From the NCBI GenBank assembly GCA_938002015.1, contig CALLAU010000029.1:6169-70168 (forward strand): DNA of 64,000 nt, written 5' to 3'. Source of the stretch: an uncultured Bdellovibrionales bacterium. GTDB taxonomy: Bacteria > Bdellovibrionota > Bdellovibrionia > Bdellovibrionales > UBA1609. Of this stretch, positions 1 to 9,738 are shown one piece after another. Under the pieces are notes generated by a model that searched no databases, was not told the DNA's origin, and saw only the letters and a program-made list of their open reading frames with translations. The translations under genes were made by a program, and so were the position numbers. Within the stretch, counting starts at the first letter, position 1. Each line of letters begins with the position of its first letter.

Positions 1-591
1 TCATGGGCTTATATTAAAATGATGGGCTCTAAAGGTTTAAGAAAAGCAACTGCAGTGGCTATTTTAAACGCTAACTACTTAGCTCATCGATTAAAAGATA
101 ATTATAAAATTCTTTATACTGGAAAGAACAACCACGTTGCTCATGAATGTATTCTTGATACAAGAGTTTTTAAGAACCAAGCAAATGTAACAGTAGATGA
201 TGTTGCTAAAAGACTTATGGACTATGGCTTTCACGCTCCTACAATGTCTTGGCCTGTGGTTGGAACCTTAATGGTTGAACCAACTGAATCAGAAAGTAAG
301 CAAGAGCTTGATCAGTTTGCTGATGCAATGAACTCTATTGCTAAAGAAGTAAAAGAAATTGAAAATGGAGAGGCAGATAAAGATAACAATGTTTTAAAAA
401 TGGCTCCACACACTTTTAGTGAGCTTTCTTCTGATTCATGGGATCACCCCTACTCTAGATCAAAAGCAGGTTACCCGCTTCCTTATATTAAAGATAAGAA
501 ATTCATGGTTTCAGTAGCAAGAGTAGATAACGCTCATGGAGACAGAAACTTTATGTGTAGCTGCCCACCATTAGAAGATTACTCCTCTTAA
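1..591 (+). CDS. gcvP: glycine dehydrogenase (decarboxylating) P-protein, C-terminal part (5' end outside window)
   Basis: Frame 1 is open from nt 1 (SWAYIKMMG...). [30 protein letters not shown] and [11 protein letters not shown] follow the conserved GcvP C-terminus as I recall it from E. coli. Confidence 0.9.
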   Translation, partial: SWAYIKMMGSKGLRKATAVAILNANYLAHRLKDNYKILYTGKNNHVAHECILDTRVFKNQANVTVDDVAKRLMDYGFHAPTMSWPVVGTLMVEPTESESKQELDQFADAMNSIAKEVKEIENGEADKDNNVLKMAPHTFSELSSDSWDHPYSRSKAGYPLPYIKDKKFMVSVARVDNAHGDRNFMCSCPPLEDYSS

Positions 592-628
592 AAAAGGAAA
601 AATTATTCCTTAAGTGCTACTCAGCAAT

Positions 629-1666
629 TTAATAAAGAATTGATTTGCACTGGGAGACCACTATTTGAGGTACTGCAAAACACTGACCATCTTTACAAAC
701 AGTGCCTATATTATTTTGGGCTAGGACTTGCTGAGCTTCTTGGTTCTGACCTTGAGTGAGTGCATAGAGCAGCTGCGCTATTTCTAATTTTATACTCATG
801 ATTTTATCACTTTTATCAGAACCAATTGCATTACCTACTTCTTTAATAAGATAAATAAGCAAGTGCTCTCGGTCTTTTATTAGCTCGCTCATTTCATTAA
901 AGTGTATTTCTGCCTCATCGCCTTTATTGGCCTTGATAGCTAAAATAAGTGGAAGGTAAAACACATAGTTCTTTAAATCAGGCATAGTATTAATTTCACC
1001 CATTAAATACTCATAGGCCTCGTTTTCATTTTGAATGGATAAAAGTCTTTCTCTTACCTCTTTTGATTTATTATACACAGCTCTTTTATGCATGCCCTCT
1101 TCTCTAATTGGTGCAAATTTTCCCCTAGTTTCCTCAAAGTCCCAGTCCTTGTCTAAGATCATATCAATATTTCTGATAAACTCTTCTCTATCTTCTAAAC
1201 CAGGGCTAATAATGTCTGCTAAGACTCCGTCTGGTGAAATTACAAAAGAGACTGGTATACCAAACCAACCTCCATTAACCAAAAAATCTTCTTCAATCAC
1301 TCCACCGTCAAACTGATCTAATATGATAGAATAACCTGGAATGTCTGCATTACTGTTCATATATTCTTCTAAAGCTTTTTTTCTCTCACTCTCTGCGCTT
1401 CCTCGCTCTAGTGCAACTCCAATAACTTCAACATCACTTCTTTGATTTAACTCATTATAAAACGGAATAAACTCTTTACACGGGCCACACCAAGTACCCC
1501 AAAAATTAATAACACGAACAACTTCTTTTGATTGAGACTCATGTCCTAAAATATTTGGTGCAGGCTCTCCAATTTCAAGTGAAAAAGTTGAATAACAAGT
1601 AAGAAAAGAGAACAGAAAGGCTGTGCCTATTTTAAAAAGATTTACTCTCATTTGCTTTTTCAACAT
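629..1666 (-). CDS. TlpA/ResA-like thiol:disulfide oxidoreductase with a ~200-aa helical C-terminal extension
   Basis: Hydrophobic N-terminus. Thioredoxin-fold active site WCGPC (NFWGTWCGPCKEF). Confidence 0.75.
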   Translation of the reverse strand: MLKKQMRVNLFKIGTAFLFSFLTCYSTFSLEIGEPAPNILGHESQSKEVVRVINFWGTWCGPCKEFIPFYNELNQRSDVEVIGVALERGSAESERKKALEEYMNSNADIPGYSIILDQFDGGVIEEDFLVNGGWFGIPVSFVISPDGVLADIISPGLEDREEFIRNIDMILDKDWDFEETRGKFAPIREEGMHKRAVYNKSKEVRERLLSIQNENEAYEYLMGEINTMPDLKNYVFYLPLILAIKANKGDEAEIHFNEMSELIKDREHLLIYLIKEVGNAIGSDKSDKIMSIKLEIAQLLYALTQGQNQEAQQVLAQNNIGTVCKDGQCFAVPQIVVSQCKSILY

Positions 1667-1823
1667 ATCACAAATTCTGCATGAGATATGCCAATCAAAG
1701 CTTATTCTGCACTATACTGCAGAGCTCTTCACTGTATAACTTTTATACAAATAATAAGTTTAGGTTCACTTAATAATTCATTCACTTGTAATATATAGTA
1801 GTACGTAAACCAACTGAGTTAAT

Positions 1824-3179
1824 CTATTTACAAACTAGTGATCTCCTACTGTTTGCTTCACCACATAAAAGCTCTTCTAAATCCTTTGAAACCTCTTCAT
1901 GAGTTAAAATTTTAAAGTAGTCTTTGGCTGTTATTTTACTCAAGACTCTTAGTGAGTTGATAAACGTATGTAATATTTTTTTAAACTTCTCTTTTGAGCT
2001 TCTAATCAATTGGTACTCTCTATATCTCATTCGAGCATTATACCAATTGGACTGATAACCCACCTCTAACTGATCTTCGTAACTCTTTAGAGCCGACCTA
2101 AGTTCAAAGAACAACCTGTCTGTTGGAAACTCCACCACTTCAACCATAGAGGCTGTTCTGACGGCTCCTCCATAAGGAGCTCTAAACTCAAGATAGAAAT
2201 CTAGAAGACTATTAGATAAATAAACCAGATCACTCATTAACGCAAACTCGTCAAAGCTTACACTCTTAAGAATTGTAATTAACTCGTCTTCAGCGCCTTT
2301 TGACAAAGTAACCATCGTTTCATTAACTTCTCTAAAAAGGTCAATATCTGGATCTGATATAAGTTGATGAGAGATTTGATTTGCATCGATATCTTCTTTC
2401 TCCTCCTTCTTAACTAATGCTTTTGAAGTTTCTTTAAAGAACCTCATCATCTCTGGGCGCATTATAAAACCACCCATATGAGCTAAGTCATGCAGGAGTA
2501 TAGTTTCTTTGGGGTAAGGCACCCCATCTCTTGCTTCCACAAATTGTGTTGTCACATAAGATCTAAAGATTGGCACAAAACCATTTGCCACAGCTCTATT
2601 ATAATCCATATCACTAATAAGGTACTCTGCAGGAGTGTCCATTGAAAATGGCCTACCTGCTGATGTTTGTCTGTAGTAGTTTCGACCACTAGAGTCTGTT
2701 TTATAAATACCAAAATTTTGAGCTAAAAAAGGTGTAGCTCCATTTGGAGGGCTCTCTCCATACTTTACAAACCCTAAAGTTTGGTCTTTTAAAACATATG
2801 CATCGGCCCAGTAAACTGCATCAGCTTTATCTATTGTTTTATTTAAAATAAGCTCATCGACCATTTTATTTACTCTTAAAGCAGCCTCATGAACACTTTC
2901 AATAACAATTTTATCATCAGTTAAAACAGCTCCAAGACTTTCTAAAAAAGCTCGCTGCTCTTGATTTAGAGGGTCTAAGTAAGGGTTTTTAACCTTGTAT
3001 TTTTCATAATCAAAAACGTATTCTCCCTTAATAAGACCATCCACCGCTTTTTTAGGTGCCTCCTCAAGCAAAGTCTGACAATTATAAGTCACTGCTTTTG
3101 CATTAAAAGCAAAGAAATAGGACAGAAAACACCCCATGAAAGTTAATATGAGGTTTTTAAAAGGCGACTTGGCAAACAC
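1824..3179 (-). CDS. secreted hypothetical protein (HDLAH motif)
   Basis: 451-aa ORF with signal peptide (..FNAKA|VTYNCQTLL). Internal LLHDLAHMGG. No family recognised. Confidence 0.6.
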   Translation of the reverse strand: MFAKSPFKNLILTFMGCFLSYFFAFNAKAVTYNCQTLLEEAPKKAVDGLIKGEYVFDYEKYKVKNPYLDPLNQEQRAFLESLGAVLTDDKIVIESVHEAALRVNKMVDELILNKTIDKADAVYWADAYVLKDQTLGFVKYGESPPNGATPFLAQNFGIYKTDSSGRNYYRQTSAGRPFSMDTPAEYLISDMDYNRAVANGFVPIFRSYVTTQFVEARDGVPYPKETILLHDLAHMGGFIMRPEMMRFFKETSKALVKKEEKEDIDANQISHQLISDPDIDLFREVNETMVTLSKGAEDELITILKSVSFDEFALMSDLVYLSNSLLDFYLEFRAPYGGAVRTASMVEVVEFPTDRLFFELRSALKSYEDQLEVGYQSNWYNARMRYREYQLIRSSKEKFKKILHTFINSLRVLSKITAKDYFKILTHEEVSKDLEELLCGEANSRRSLVCK

Positions 3180-3298
3180 AAAATTTAGTTTTGCAAAATC
3201 TTTGCCAAGAAAAAAATAGATATAAGTATTAAATCTTGCAAACTATTAGAGTTGGCATGCCTTCATCTACAAACTAGTTATTTATTAAGTAATAAGGA

Positions 3299-3901
3299 TC
3301 AATTAACTTTTAAATCTTCAGGGTTCCAGTGCTTAACACCAAGAGCATTTGACAGTGTAGTTATTCTACCATTAACAGGGTTGATTGCGACAACAACACC
3401 TAGCTGTGTACCAATTGCAGAAATACTTACAGAATCACCCCGATTAAAACCTTTTTCTGATATTCCCTTTTCATAGCCAAGCTCACTTGGCAAAAACGAT
3501 TCTACAAAAGCTTCTTGATTAGCGCCTAGCTTTATACCACTTACAAAAACTCTTCCATTTACTGGATGTACTGCAACTACTCTCCCCACATCCATAATCT
3601 CTGCTTCAGGATAGACGATGTCTCCTTTTTGAAAACCATATACTGATACAATAGACTCTAGAGCAAGCTCATTAAATTTAAATTCTTTATCAACTAAGTC
3701 TGATTTTATAAAACCTCGCACCAGCACAATCCCCGTTGATCTATCAACACTTAAAACTACGCCCTCTGAATAAAGCTCATTCTCAGGATAAACAATCTCA
3801 CCGAACTCAATCTCATAAGAAGAGGCAAGAATATTTGAACATGAAAAAGCAAATAGACTCCCGGAGTAAAATAAAAATAAAAATAGTATTAGCGTCTTCA
3901 T
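3299..3901 (-). CDS. secreted protein built of three tandem ~55-aa repeats
   Basis: Signal peptide. Three copies of G(E/D)(I/S)V.......G.V(L/V)(S/A)(V/I)....G.(V/I) (GEIVYPENELYSEGVVLSVDRSTGIVLV / GDIVYPEAEIMDVGRVVAVHPVNGRVFV / GDSVSISAIGTQLGVVVAINPVNGRITT). Confidence 0.6.
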   Translation of the reverse strand: MKTLILFLFLFYSGSLFAFSCSNILASSYEIEFGEIVYPENELYSEGVVLSVDRSTGIVLVRGFIKSDLVDKEFKFNELALESIVSVYGFQKGDIVYPEAEIMDVGRVVAVHPVNGRVFVSGIKLGANQEAFVESFLPSELGYEKGISEKGFNRGDSVSISAIGTQLGVVVAINPVNGRITTLSNALGVKHWNPEDLKVN

Positions 3902-4069
3902 TTAACTAATTAGAAGCAATTTCTGTACTCAAAAATAATAAGAAAACAGAGCTTTAGACTGTCTACGAAGTATACAAACTACTTTTTTTGTCAGACATCT
4001 ATTAAATCAATTAATACCTTAACTTCCTCTGCACTTTAAAAACGTATAGAGTTGCCAGTAAAGATCGGC

Positions 4070-4906
4070 TTACTGGGTAGTGATTTTAAGTGCACAATGA
4101 TCAGAAATAAAGTCTCTATAGTAGTACTTATCAGAATATGGAGGCTCCACAGACTCTCCACTGCAAGGGCCATAAACACTCGCTTTTAAATTTAAAAATC
4201 CTCTTCCCCAGGCTCTATCAAAAACTCTTCCACCAAAGCCCATATAAGTTGGTATTTGGTTCTTAGCTAAAGTAAACTCTTCACCTAAACTTTGGCTAAT
4301 AAGAAGAGAGTCATCTTCTAAAAAGAAAGTCTTATCTGACTTATATGTATTAAAATCTCCAACTATCATTGTTGGCATGTCTTCATTTAAATCTACTTTT
4401 AACTCATGAATTTGATTAAGCCTTGTAACAGTTGAACCTCTTCCAGCTTTTAGGTGAACTCCAATAAGTCTTGTTACTTTATCACCACCGTCTTTATAAT
4501 CTCCTATGACAGCAGCTCTTAAACCAAGTCTATCAAGCCTTGACTCTTGATTTACATCAGATCTTATTAAAAGGCCTGGTTTAGAGCACATTACAACAAA
4601 CTGATGACTACTTGTTCCAGCATCATAGCTAAAGCACTCATAGTCTTTCATGATTTGATAAAGTCCTTCTTTATCAACGATCTCTTGAAAAACAAAAACA
4701 TCTGCTTTTGGAAGTTCGTCATGTATGTAATCAATAAGGTGTTCTGTTCTATTTTCATCTTCTATTGAACCATATAGATCACCACCACGCCCAAACCATT
4801 TAATGTTAAGAGATATAACTTCAAGAGACAGCGCTTGAAAGGAGAAGAGAAGGCTTAAAGAGATAATAAGAAATTTCACTGAATTACTAATGATTGAAGG
4901 TTTCAT
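4070..4906 (-). CDS. secreted endonuclease/exonuclease/phosphatase (EEP) family hydrolase
   Basis: Signal peptide. LNIKWFG near the N-terminus, IVGDFNTY and C-terminal ISDHCAL are typical EEP-fold catalytic motifs. Confidence 0.75.
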   Translation of the reverse strand: MKPSIISNSVKFLIISLSLLFSFQALSLEVISLNIKWFGRGGDLYGSIEDENRTEHLIDYIHDELPKADVFVFQEIVDKEGLYQIMKDYECFSYDAGTSSHQFVVMCSKPGLLIRSDVNQESRLDRLGLRAAVIGDYKDGGDKVTRLIGVHLKAGRGSTVTRLNQIHELKVDLNEDMPTMIVGDFNTYKSDKTFFLEDDSLLISQSLGEEFTLAKNQIPTYMGFGGRVFDRAWGRGFLNLKASVYGPCSGESVEPPYSDKYYYRDFISDHCALKITTQ

Positions 4907-5161
4907 TTAAATGCCCTCCCTGGCAAAAAGCTTTAATTTAAGAAAAAGCTTAAAGGCTTTCATATTGCCTCTTCTAAATTGTAGAAAGGAAGGCGGTCTA
5001 CTGAAAACATACAACAGACTGCACCATTAAAATTCTCACCTAATCGTAACAATGATTTAAGCTATCTTACTGAAATCACTCACTAGGAGAAGAAGCCTTA
5101 ATAATTCTTTTTAAGGAGATTTAATATTTTCAAGTTAGTTTTAAGTACCTAATTGTCAGAT

Positions 5162-6001
5162 TTAAAGATCACCATAAATATTTAAATCTATTAGGTAGTC
5201 ATCATCACAGATGCTCATAACAGAACCACCCGAAAGCTCTGAAAGCTCCATATACTTTAAACCAATAAAAGAAGGACTGCCTTCAGCATCTTGAGCTTTT
5301 CTACAAGCACTATCATCAACAACAATAGAGTGAACAGCAACTCTCTTAGAGCCACCAAACTTTGAAAAAACAGAGTCCATAAAAACAGAAGGAGAGTTTC
5401 TATTATTAAGTTTTTTATATTGAACAGAACTTAAACTCTGTTTTCCCCCAACACTTCTTTCATCTTCATCTGAAATAAGTATTACAGCTAAGGAAGCCCC
5501 ATCTCTAAAGCAGTTAGAGTTATCAGGCTCATTAATAGCTAAGTTCATAGCCTTAATACCCTGTTCATCATCACTCCAACCATGCCCAATCCACTCAATA
5601 GTTTTATTAAACACTCTTGGAATATTACTAGAGGCATTTACAATGTTTGAGTTGTTATTGGATTTCCAAAGGATAGTTCTTCCTTCATAGTAGCTAACAT
5701 CAGTTGTTGTAACACACATCTGCCAATCAATTCCCTCTAGGCTCATTTCATCTGCTAAATCACCTAGGTAACCTGCTAATTTTTCATTATCTTTATACAT
5801 TGAACCTGAATCATCTATTACTAACAGTATATCTAGGTCTGTATTTGTAAGATCGATATCATCATCACCGCTATCATCTGTGTCAGTATCTTCAACTGTA
5901 TCTGCATCAGTCGCTTTAAACTTACTTCCATTATCACACGCTAAAAAAATAACAAAAGTACCTAAAACACATAATCTTATCATATTCTTAAAAGTTTTCA
6001 T
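5162..6001 (-). CDS. von Willebrand factor A (vWA)-like lipoprotein
   Basis: Lipobox-like FLAC|D, acidic linker (DTDTDDSGDDDID), MIDAS-like DxSxS (LLVIDDSGSM). Confidence 0.7.
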   Translation of the reverse strand: MKTFKNMIRLCVLGTFVIFLACDNGSKFKATDADTVEDTDTDDSGDDDIDLTNTDLDILLVIDDSGSMYKDNEKLAGYLGDLADEMSLEGIDWQMCVTTTDVSYYEGRTILWKSNNNSNIVNASSNIPRVFNKTIEWIGHGWSDDEQGIKAMNLAINEPDNSNCFRDGASLAVILISDEDERSVGGKQSLSSVQYKKLNNRNSPSVFMDSVFSKFGGSKRVAVHSIVVDDSACRKAQDAEGSPSFIGLKYMELSELSGGSVMSICDDDYLIDLNIYGDL

Positions 6002-6267
6002 TATGAGATTAAATCGGCAACTTAAGGCTTTTGCTTTATATTGAGACTCCTTAAAACCAAAAAAAAAGGGCCTGTCTTATTTTGAGACAGTGCTCTACAG
6101 ACTGACAGCATTTTTAAAGAGCTTTTTTTTTAAGCAGTAAACTAGACCTCTTCTTTTAAGTTTTTAAAGATCGAGACTAAACATCTAAATTTGTTTGAGT
6201 TTTCTTAATTTTACGGTACCTTTTTAAGTGTTGGTTTTTCATCAATTTAATTATCTAAGGAGGAAAT

Positions 6268-6744
6268 ATGAAAAAACTATTTATCGCACTATGTGTGGCT
6301 GGACTTGTGGGCTGTTCATCAAGCAAAAAAGAGGTTGTTGATACAACTCAATCTGATGCTTCAAAAACTGCTCAAGAGGCTGCTGAGACTGCAAAAACTG
6401 CAACTGAAAACGCTAAAGACGCTATTGAAAATGCTGCTAAAGACTTAAAAGATGCTGCTGAAGATTTAAAGGAAAAAGCTACTGCTGAAACTCAAAACGC
6501 TTCAAATACAGCTGATTTTGGTGAGTACACTGGAACTGAGACTTCTAAGCTTACTTGCACTAACGGTGATGACGTAAGAACTATATCAGTTCTTGATGGC
6601 GCTGATGGTGGCTGTGGTGTTGTTTACAACAAAAATGGTGAGACTAAGACTGTAGCTGTTGCTAAGTACACAAAAGACCATTGCACTAAGGTACAAGATA
6701 AAATGAGAGCTAACCTAGAAGCTCCTGGTTTTACTTGCCAATAG
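6268..6744 (+). CDS. lipoprotein: Ala/Glu/Lys-rich helical region plus 4-Cys C-terminal domain
   Basis: SD aaggagga 7 nt upstream. Lipobox LVGC|SSS. GCT-rich, biased codon usage. Strong terminator downstream. Confidence 0.7.
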   Translation: MKKLFIALCVAGLVGCSSSKKEVVDTTQSDASKTAQEAAETAKTATENAKDAIENAAKDLKDAAEDLKEKATAETQNASNTADFGEYTGTETSKLTCTNGDDVRTISVLDGADGGCGVVYNKNGETKTVAVAKYTKDHCTKVQDKMRANLEAPGFTCQ

Positions 6745-6787
6745 TTTTAAAATAAATAATTCAAACACTCTCTTTCTAAAAGAGTTA

Positions 6788-6824
6788 AAAAACCGCTTTT
6801 ACTTTAAAAAGCGGTTTTTTTTTT
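6788..6824 (+). terminator. rho-independent terminator
   Basis: Perfect 10-bp stem AACCGCTTTT/AAAAGCGGTT (6791-6800 / 6807-6816) with 6-nt loop, followed by a T run to 6824. An A-run precedes it, so it could work in both directions. Confidence 0.85.
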
Positions 6825-6830
6825 CATCTT

Positions 6831-6856
6831 CTCTCCCTCTCCCTCTCCCTCTCCCT
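6831..6856. repeat. hexanucleotide microsatellite (CTCTCC)x4 + CT
   Basis: Read directly: ctctcc ctctcc ctctcc ctctcc ct. Pure polypyrimidine on the + strand, 7 nt after the terminator T-run. Confidence 0.95.
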
Positions 6857-7059
6857 ACTTACAACCTACTTAAAAAGCAGCTTTTTTACTTTCTACATTA
6901 CTGCACTCATTTTAAGCTTTATTGTGAGGATTCTTTTAGGATTTCTCATAGCCATTGCTTAAGACTCCTAGTATCAGACAATATAAGCCTCACTTGAATC
7001 TTTTTTTAATAGTTTAAGAAAAGAAAGCTACAAGTTTTAGTTTAAGGAAAATCTTATTT

Positions 7060-8001
7060 ATGCTTTTTATGATCTTAGGTTTTGCACTAGCTTGTTACGC
7101 TGTTATCGGTAATGACTCCATACAAACAATTGGAACTTTTCTAGCCTCAAATAAAAACAAGCCCTGGTGGGTTTTGTGGCTTTTTTTAGGAAGTATTATG
7201 ACTGCTGTACTTGTTACAGGCTGGGTTATAAATGGTGGAGACACATCCTATGGCCGCTTAAGTAAGATTCCTGAAACAACCATTCACTGGTGGCACATTA
7301 TCCCGATGATTGGACTCTTACTACTTACTAAAATTGGGATTCCTGTAAGTACGACCTTTATGGCCTTAAGTGTTTTTTCAGGCTCTATTGTTTTACAAAA
7401 AATCATTACAAAATCTCTTGTTGGATATGGCGTCGCTTTTTTAGCAACATTTATCATATGGCTTATTATTTATAAGTTTGAAAAACACATCTCTAAATCT
7501 GGCAACAAAAACCCTCACCACCTTTGGCTTGGAGCTCAGTGGGCCTCTACTGGCTTTCTTTGGAGTCAATGGCTCATGCAAGACCTTGCAAACATCTATG
7601 TCTTTGCTCCAAGAGTTGTCCCTCTTTGGTTTCTCATTCTCTCTGTTATCTTCTTACTCGCCTTACTAGCTTTTTTAGTAAAAGGGCAAGGTGGTAAAAT
7701 TCAAGAGATAGTACTTGTTAAAACAAACACTCTTGATATTAGGTCTGCAACCTTAATAAACCTCTTTTACGCACTTATTCTCTTTTACTTTAAGAATTTA
7801 AACAGTCTTCCTATGAGCACAACATGGGTTTTTCTAGGAACAATAGCAGGTAGAGAAATGATTCTCTCACTCATGATGAAACATAAATCTAGGCAACTTA
7901 CCTTAAAAGACATCAGCTCAGATGTTGGAAAAGCCACATTTGGACTTGTTATAAGTGTATCTCTAGCTTTAGCAGTAAAATATTTTTTTGCACTAGTGTG
8001 A
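7060..8001 (+). CDS. polytopic membrane protein, distant PiT/PHO4-superfamily-like transporter
   Basis: About 9 hydrophobic helices. GNDSIQTIGTF near the N-terminus plus PVSTTFMALSVFSG and PMSTTWVFLGTIAGR resemble the duplicated GANDVAN / P.STTH..(V/I)G motifs of PiT carriers. Weak. Confidence 0.45.
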   Translation: MLFMILGFALACYAVIGNDSIQTIGTFLASNKNKPWWVLWLFLGSIMTAVLVTGWVINGGDTSYGRLSKIPETTIHWWHIIPMIGLLLLTKIGIPVSTTFMALSVFSGSIVLQKIITKSLVGYGVAFLATFIIWLIIYKFEKHISKSGNKNPHHLWLGAQWASTGFLWSQWLMQDLANIYVFAPRVVPLWFLILSVIFLLALLAFLVKGQGGKIQEIVLVKTNTLDIRSATLINLFYALILFYFKNLNSLPMSTTWVFLGTIAGREMILSLMMKHKSRQLTLKDISSDVGKATFGLVISVSLALAVKYFFALV

Positions 8002-8125
8002 CAATTCACGCCTGGGCTTAAGCAGTTTAACCAAATCTGGTTAGTGCAATCTGTATGTAAACTTAAATTTTTCAATTAAAATTTTTGGCATATAGCTTGC
8101 TTAGTCAATCAAGAGGACTGTTGAA

Positions 8126-8998
8126 ATGAAAAAAGCTTTAATACTTATTTTACAATTAATTTATTTTCAAACTCTTCCTCAAGCAACCTTTGCAGAGTCA
8201 ATAAAAGAACTAGGTTATGCTCGTACATACACAACAATATTTGGAAGTAATTCCTGTAATATGGCTTTAGCAAGATTTGAAAGCCAGCCTTTAACTAGTC
8301 GTGTGTTAGTTCTTAGCGCAGGACACTGCCTTGGAACTAGATCTGACTTACTTATATATAATGAGGAAAGTGAAGATATTTTCAACCCCTCTCATATGCT
8401 TGTTAGTATACCAAGAGAATACTGTCCGATAGACACTAATCCATCTGACTGTGTTGGCAACCAACTTGAATTAGACAACCCTAATGAAACTCTTTCTATA
8501 AGCTACATCATTGATTATGCCAACAACCATTATGAACATGATATTTTGATAGGGCACTTAGAGATCAACTATATAGAGCTCATTGAGAAATATGGCTTAT
8601 CAGTTCCAATTATTGATGAAGCTTATAACTACCTAGATGATAGTTTTTATTTCTTTGGCACAGATTGGTCAAGAAAAGCTGGCAAAGTCAGATACTGTAA
8701 TTACGACAGTGAAGGAGAGTACACATTACCAGTACCATATGAAAATCCACATTATACAATGGATATAGTTAATGCTCTTATATTAAAAGATTGTACTGGA
8801 GAAGTTGGAGAATCCGGAAGTCCTGTTTATAACCTTTCGCACCACCGTATTGTCGGTATTGCTTCAACTATTGATAGAGAGCAGGGCCTTATTCGAATAC
8901 AAAAACTCGAACCACTGAGAAGTTGTTTTGATGATGAGTTTAAGTTCACCCCTAGTCTACCAGACTGCTCCATTCCTATTGAGCGTAAAAAAAATTAA
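8126..8998 (+). CDS. secreted trypsin-like (S1) serine protease
   Basis: Signal peptide. LSAGHCLG (catalytic His context) and GESGSPVY (catalytic Ser context). Confidence 0.7.
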   Translation: MKKALILILQLIYFQTLPQATFAESIKELGYARTYTTIFGSNSCNMALARFESQPLTSRVLVLSAGHCLGTRSDLLIYNEESEDIFNPSHMLVSIPREYCPIDTNPSDCVGNQLELDNPNETLSISYIIDYANNHYEHDILIGHLEINYIELIEKYGLSVPIIDEAYNYLDDSFYFFGTDWSRKAGKVRYCNYDSEGEYTLPVPYENPHYTMDIVNALILKDCTGEVGESGSPVYNLSHHRIVGIASTIDREQGLIRIQKLEPLRSCFDDEFKFTPSLPDCSIPIERKKN

Positions 8999-9033
8999 AA
9001 CTATTTTTGCAATCACAGCTTGAAATCACTAGT

Positions 9034-9738
9034 ATGAAATATATGAAGTATTTAATATGTATCATTTTACCATTTTGTTTTTCTTGCTCAAAAAATAAAA
9101 GTAAGAAAAAAGCAACTCCGAAAGTTGTCATCACACATCCTATATCTAAAGAGCCAGGGCTGTTTGGAAGAACTGTTAATTTTAAAATAACTGAAGGAGA
9201 GTGTAGTATTTTATGGGTAGCTGGTTCTCAAAAAGATGATAGCATTTATCTAAAAAATAAAAGTAATCAGACAGATGAAGCCATATGTGCGTTAAACTTT
9301 AAAAAACAAGTTGGTTTTCATAAAATGATATTTATTGAAGTTTTTAAGAAGTTTAAAAAGGAAAAACTAAAGTATATATATACCAGTGGCTTTAGGCAGT
9401 TTTCTCCTGACGAAACTTGGTCTTTAGAGCTTGCTAAAAGGTCTCTAAGTTCATCTGATTGGACAGATTATAAAAGAAACTACCCAAATCATAAAAGTCA
9501 AAAATCCACTAATAAAATTTTAATTGAACTTTCAAACCAAAACCCTTCAGTCTACTCTGAGCTTCAAGGTTTATTTAAAGGCTATGGTTTAGATATTAAA
9601 CTTATTGAAGTTGAAAAAGTGTTTACACCTAAATTAAGTGCTTGGAAACACAATAAACTCTTAACTGGTATCCCAAGAAATACCCGCATCATTACCGATT
9701 CAGGCTCAATGGTTTTTAGTGTAAGTCATCAAAACTAG
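9034..9738 (+). CDS. hypothetical lipoprotein or secreted protein
   Basis: The ORF track starts at a TTG (9007). The ATG at 9034 gives a typical signal sequence MKYMKYLICIILPFCFSC|SKN. Lys-rich, no family recognised. Confidence 0.55.
   Translation: MKYMKYLICIILPFCFSCSKNKSKKKATPKVVITHPISKEPGLFGRTVNFKITEGECSILWVAGSQKDDSIYLKNKSNQTDEAICALNFKKQVGFHKMIFIEVFKKFKKEKLKYIYTSGFRQFSPDETWSLELAKRSLSSSDWTDYKRNYPNHKSQKSTNKILIELSNQNPSVYSELQGLFKGYGLDIKLIEVEKVFTPKLSAWKHNKLLTGIPRNTRIITDSGSMVFSVSHQN

Noticed and set aside
1035-1316. Short ORFs on the strand opposite to long, well-supported genes: 1035..1316, 3252..3476, 7478..7669, 7785..8075, 10018..10200, 10148..10351, 10519..10746, 11202..11468, 12689..12955, 13131..13334, 16192..16464, 20867..21088, 24722..24967, 24954..25145, 25341..25559, 26718..26996, 35700..36002, 36749..36943, 39844..40191, 41236..41442, 42863..43060, 51839..52036, 54408..54620, 60407..60760, 60810..61022, 62787..63206.
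   Set aside because: They lie inside or antisense to (or out of frame with) longer ORFs that have recognisable domains. Their composition is low-complexity (Ser/Leu/Phe/Lys-rich), as expected from reading AT-rich coding DNA in the wrong frame. None has a convincing SD.
8126-9738. The S1 protease gene followed by a lipoprotein gene, read as a protease-inhibitor (ecotin-like) pair.
   Set aside because: Only adjacency supports this. The lipoprotein shows no similarity I can recognise to ecotin or other inhibitor families, and the two genes are separated by their own start context.
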